The notes below the pieces were generated by a model, which ran no database searches, was not told where the DNA came from, and worked only from the letters and a program-made list of their open reading frames with translations. 9,550 nucleotides of DNA from contig NW_021827902.1 of the NCBI RefSeq assembly GCF_006345805.1, positions 1-9,550 on the forward strand. The letters run 5' to 3'. The stretch is from Octopus sinensis. Lineage: Eukaryota. A program made the position numbers and the translations under genes. Each line of letters begins with the position of its first letter. The first letter of the stretch is position 1. Of the stretch, positions 7,727 to 9,550 are shown piece by piece.

Positions 7727-7966
7727 TATAATATATATATATATTATATATATATATATATATATAATATATATATGCATATATATCTTATATCTATTTT
7801 CTTTACTCTACCTCACTCTCAATTTTGTATCCTATCTAAACTCACTATTACTTAACCATCCTCCCACACCGTCTCCGATGAAGGGATATAATTAATAAAT
7901 ATCCTGGAAACAGCTGTAAGATATCGACACAACTTTGGTTTTTTATCTCATTACGCAAAAAATTCT

Positions 7967-8008
7967 TATATATATATGTGTGTGTGTGTGTGTATGCATG
8001 TATGTATG

Positions 8009-8080
<72 letters not shown>
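7967..8080 (+). repeat. Compound microsatellite (TA)n(TG)n(TATG)n(CA)n
   Basis: Directly visible. Confidence 0.95.
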
Positions 8081-8086
<6 letters not shown>

Positions 8087-8268
8087 AGTGCTGAAAAGTT
8101 CCTGGTTGGGGATCCAGCCTTCCAAGTTCTTTTACAGGGCTTAGAAAAATTGAAGGACCGCTGCAATAAGTGTGTGAATCTGAGAGGAGAACATGTTGAA
8201 TAAAATTATCTGATCCTCCGGCATTTTCTTTTACCCAAAACCAGGAACTTGTCTCTGCACCCTTCGTA
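8081..8268 (+). mobile_element. Internally deleted mariner (Tc1/mariner) element retaining the transposase C-terminus
   Basis: TA at both ends. Left TIR gtgctgaaaagttcctggtt compares with the right TIR reverse complement gtgcagagacaagttcctggtt. Encodes GLEKLKDRCNKCVNLRGEHVE* (stop at 8201-8203), matching the mariner C-terminal pattern GIxKLxxRxxKCxxxxGxYVE. Confidence 0.88.
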
Positions 8269-8619
8269 TAAATATATATGTATTTATATAATATAAATAT
8301 TTATCCAATATTTGCACCCTATTAGCTATAACTTTATCATGTGCTTCGAGATCCATTGTTAAAAAAACGGGGAAGAATTATCTCACATCCTCGCAAAGTT
8401 TATAAATTCTTATGACGTCATGTGTGCGCGCGTGTGTGTGTACATACATACATAGAACATAATCGATATATGTTTGTTAATACATAAAAGACAGGAGAAC
8501 TCAGTACTTGTTCGGTGCAGTTTGATATTATATAATGTACTAACGGTGATGAAGTTGTTTGCCTCATATGATGACAATGGCATATTTTCACGAAACGATT
8601 CTTAGCTCTACTAGTTGAC

Positions 8620-8701
8620 TGTATGTATGTATGTATGTATGTATGTATGTATGTATGTATGTATGTATGTATGTATGTATACATGTGTGTGTGTATGTGT
8701 G
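8620..8701 (+). repeat. (TATG)n then (TG)n microsatellite
   Basis: Directly visible. Confidence 0.95.
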
Positions 8702-8936
8702 GTCGAACATGTTTTACAGGGGTTTGTTTGACGAAAAGGAAAACATGAACGATAAAATTAGAATTTCTAAAATATTGGAAGAACAATAAATTTGAAAAAA
8801 AATATCTTTCGATGTAGTTAAGGAAGATATTGATTAAGAACTAGTTTTTTTTAGGCTACAAGTTATGATTCTCAGCTGTAAAACAGCAATGGAATGAAAT
8901 ACACAAATTTTGGAAATGATTAAACATAGTTTTCAT

Positions 8937-8986
8937 TCTCTCTCTCTCGGTATCTATCTATCTATCTATCTCCTCCTCTGTCTTTC

Positions 8987-9041
<55 letters not shown>

Positions 9042-9064
9042 CTCTCTCTCTCCATCTTTCTCTC
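8937..9064 (+). repeat. Pyrimidine-rich compound microsatellite (TC)n(TATC)n(TTTC)n(TC)n
   Basis: Directly visible. Confidence 0.95.
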
Positions 9065-9145
9065 CAGACATGTGAACATGGCACATGTCGAGAATTTTCA
9101 TTCAGGTCTTACCCAGACATGCTGTTGCAGCAGCAGTTTTTGGTA

Positions 9146-9312
9146 ATGAGGATGATGATGAAGAAGATGACGCTGATGATGATGATGATGATGATGATTA
9201 TGATGATGATGATGATAAAGAAGAAGAGGGGAGGAGGGGGAGGAGGAGGAGGGCGAGAACGAGGACAAGGAAGAAAATGAGGACGAGTAGAAGTGGGAGT
9301 GGAGTGGGAGTC
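9146..9312 (+). repeat. Purine-rich trinucleotide tract (GAT)n grading into (GAA)/(GAG)n and (GGAGTG)
   Basis: Directly visible. Confidence 0.9.
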
Positions 9313-9550
9313 TTATCCTTTGAGTCACTTAAAGATCACAGAACCCGGAATTATTTCTGATGTAATGGATTCGAAAGCTCAAGGACGAATTCTAACTCTG
9401 CCGACCAGTATTCCATGAGGAGCGAGAGGATCTAAGCTAAACAAAACTGAATATTGAATCACAAACAATACATTAAAAGAATTACTGAAAAATTACATTC
9501 TACTAGCTTCTACTGTTACCATTTTGAGGACAGTAGGTAGAAAGAACCTT

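Noticed and set aside
8545-8600. Hammerhead-like words (tgatgaag / tgatgac ... cgaaac)
   Set aside because: The leading C of the core is missing and no convincing stems or cleavage triplet were found.
2677-8786. ORFs rich in HT, CV, IYLS or YIHT repeats
   Set aside because: These are translations of (CA)n, (TG)n, (GATA)n and (TATG)n microsatellites.
9085-9360. Acidic/basic 91-aa ORF and antisense His/Ser-rich ORF
   Set aside because: Both derive from (GAT)n/(GAG)n simple repeats and have no other coding evidence.
9356-9385. ctgatgt...gaaagc hammerhead-like spacing
   Set aside because: A9 is replaced and stem II is implausible; likely chance.

Overview
Non-coding, AT-rich, repeat-dense animal DNA with no credible intact protein-coding gene. 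The SINE families and microsatellite load resemble an octopus (coleoid cephalopod) intergenic or intronic region; this is recognition from memory, not a database result. The window is a stack of nested mobile elements: (i) a trimeric tRNA-derived SINE (223-800, minus strand) with a perfect 17-bp target-site duplication (TSD), inserted into an older SINE; (ii) a 546-bp MITE (1081-1626) with ~67-bp terminal inverted repeats (TIRs) and a 9-bp TSD (Mutator-like), inserted into a second SINE family, with octamer, CCAAT and ETS-like motifs in both TIRs; (iii) several copies of a microsatellite-containing SINE; (iv) a GC-rich hAT-like MITE inside a further dispersed repeat; (v) a degenerate minimal hammerhead-ribozyme motif of the Penelope-associated type (5824-5880, minus); (vi) a ~525-bp foldback inverted repeat (6994-7519); (vii) an internally deleted mariner (8081-8268); and many simple repeats. 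Nearly all supplied ORFs are repeat artefacts. Alignments and identities were done by eye.
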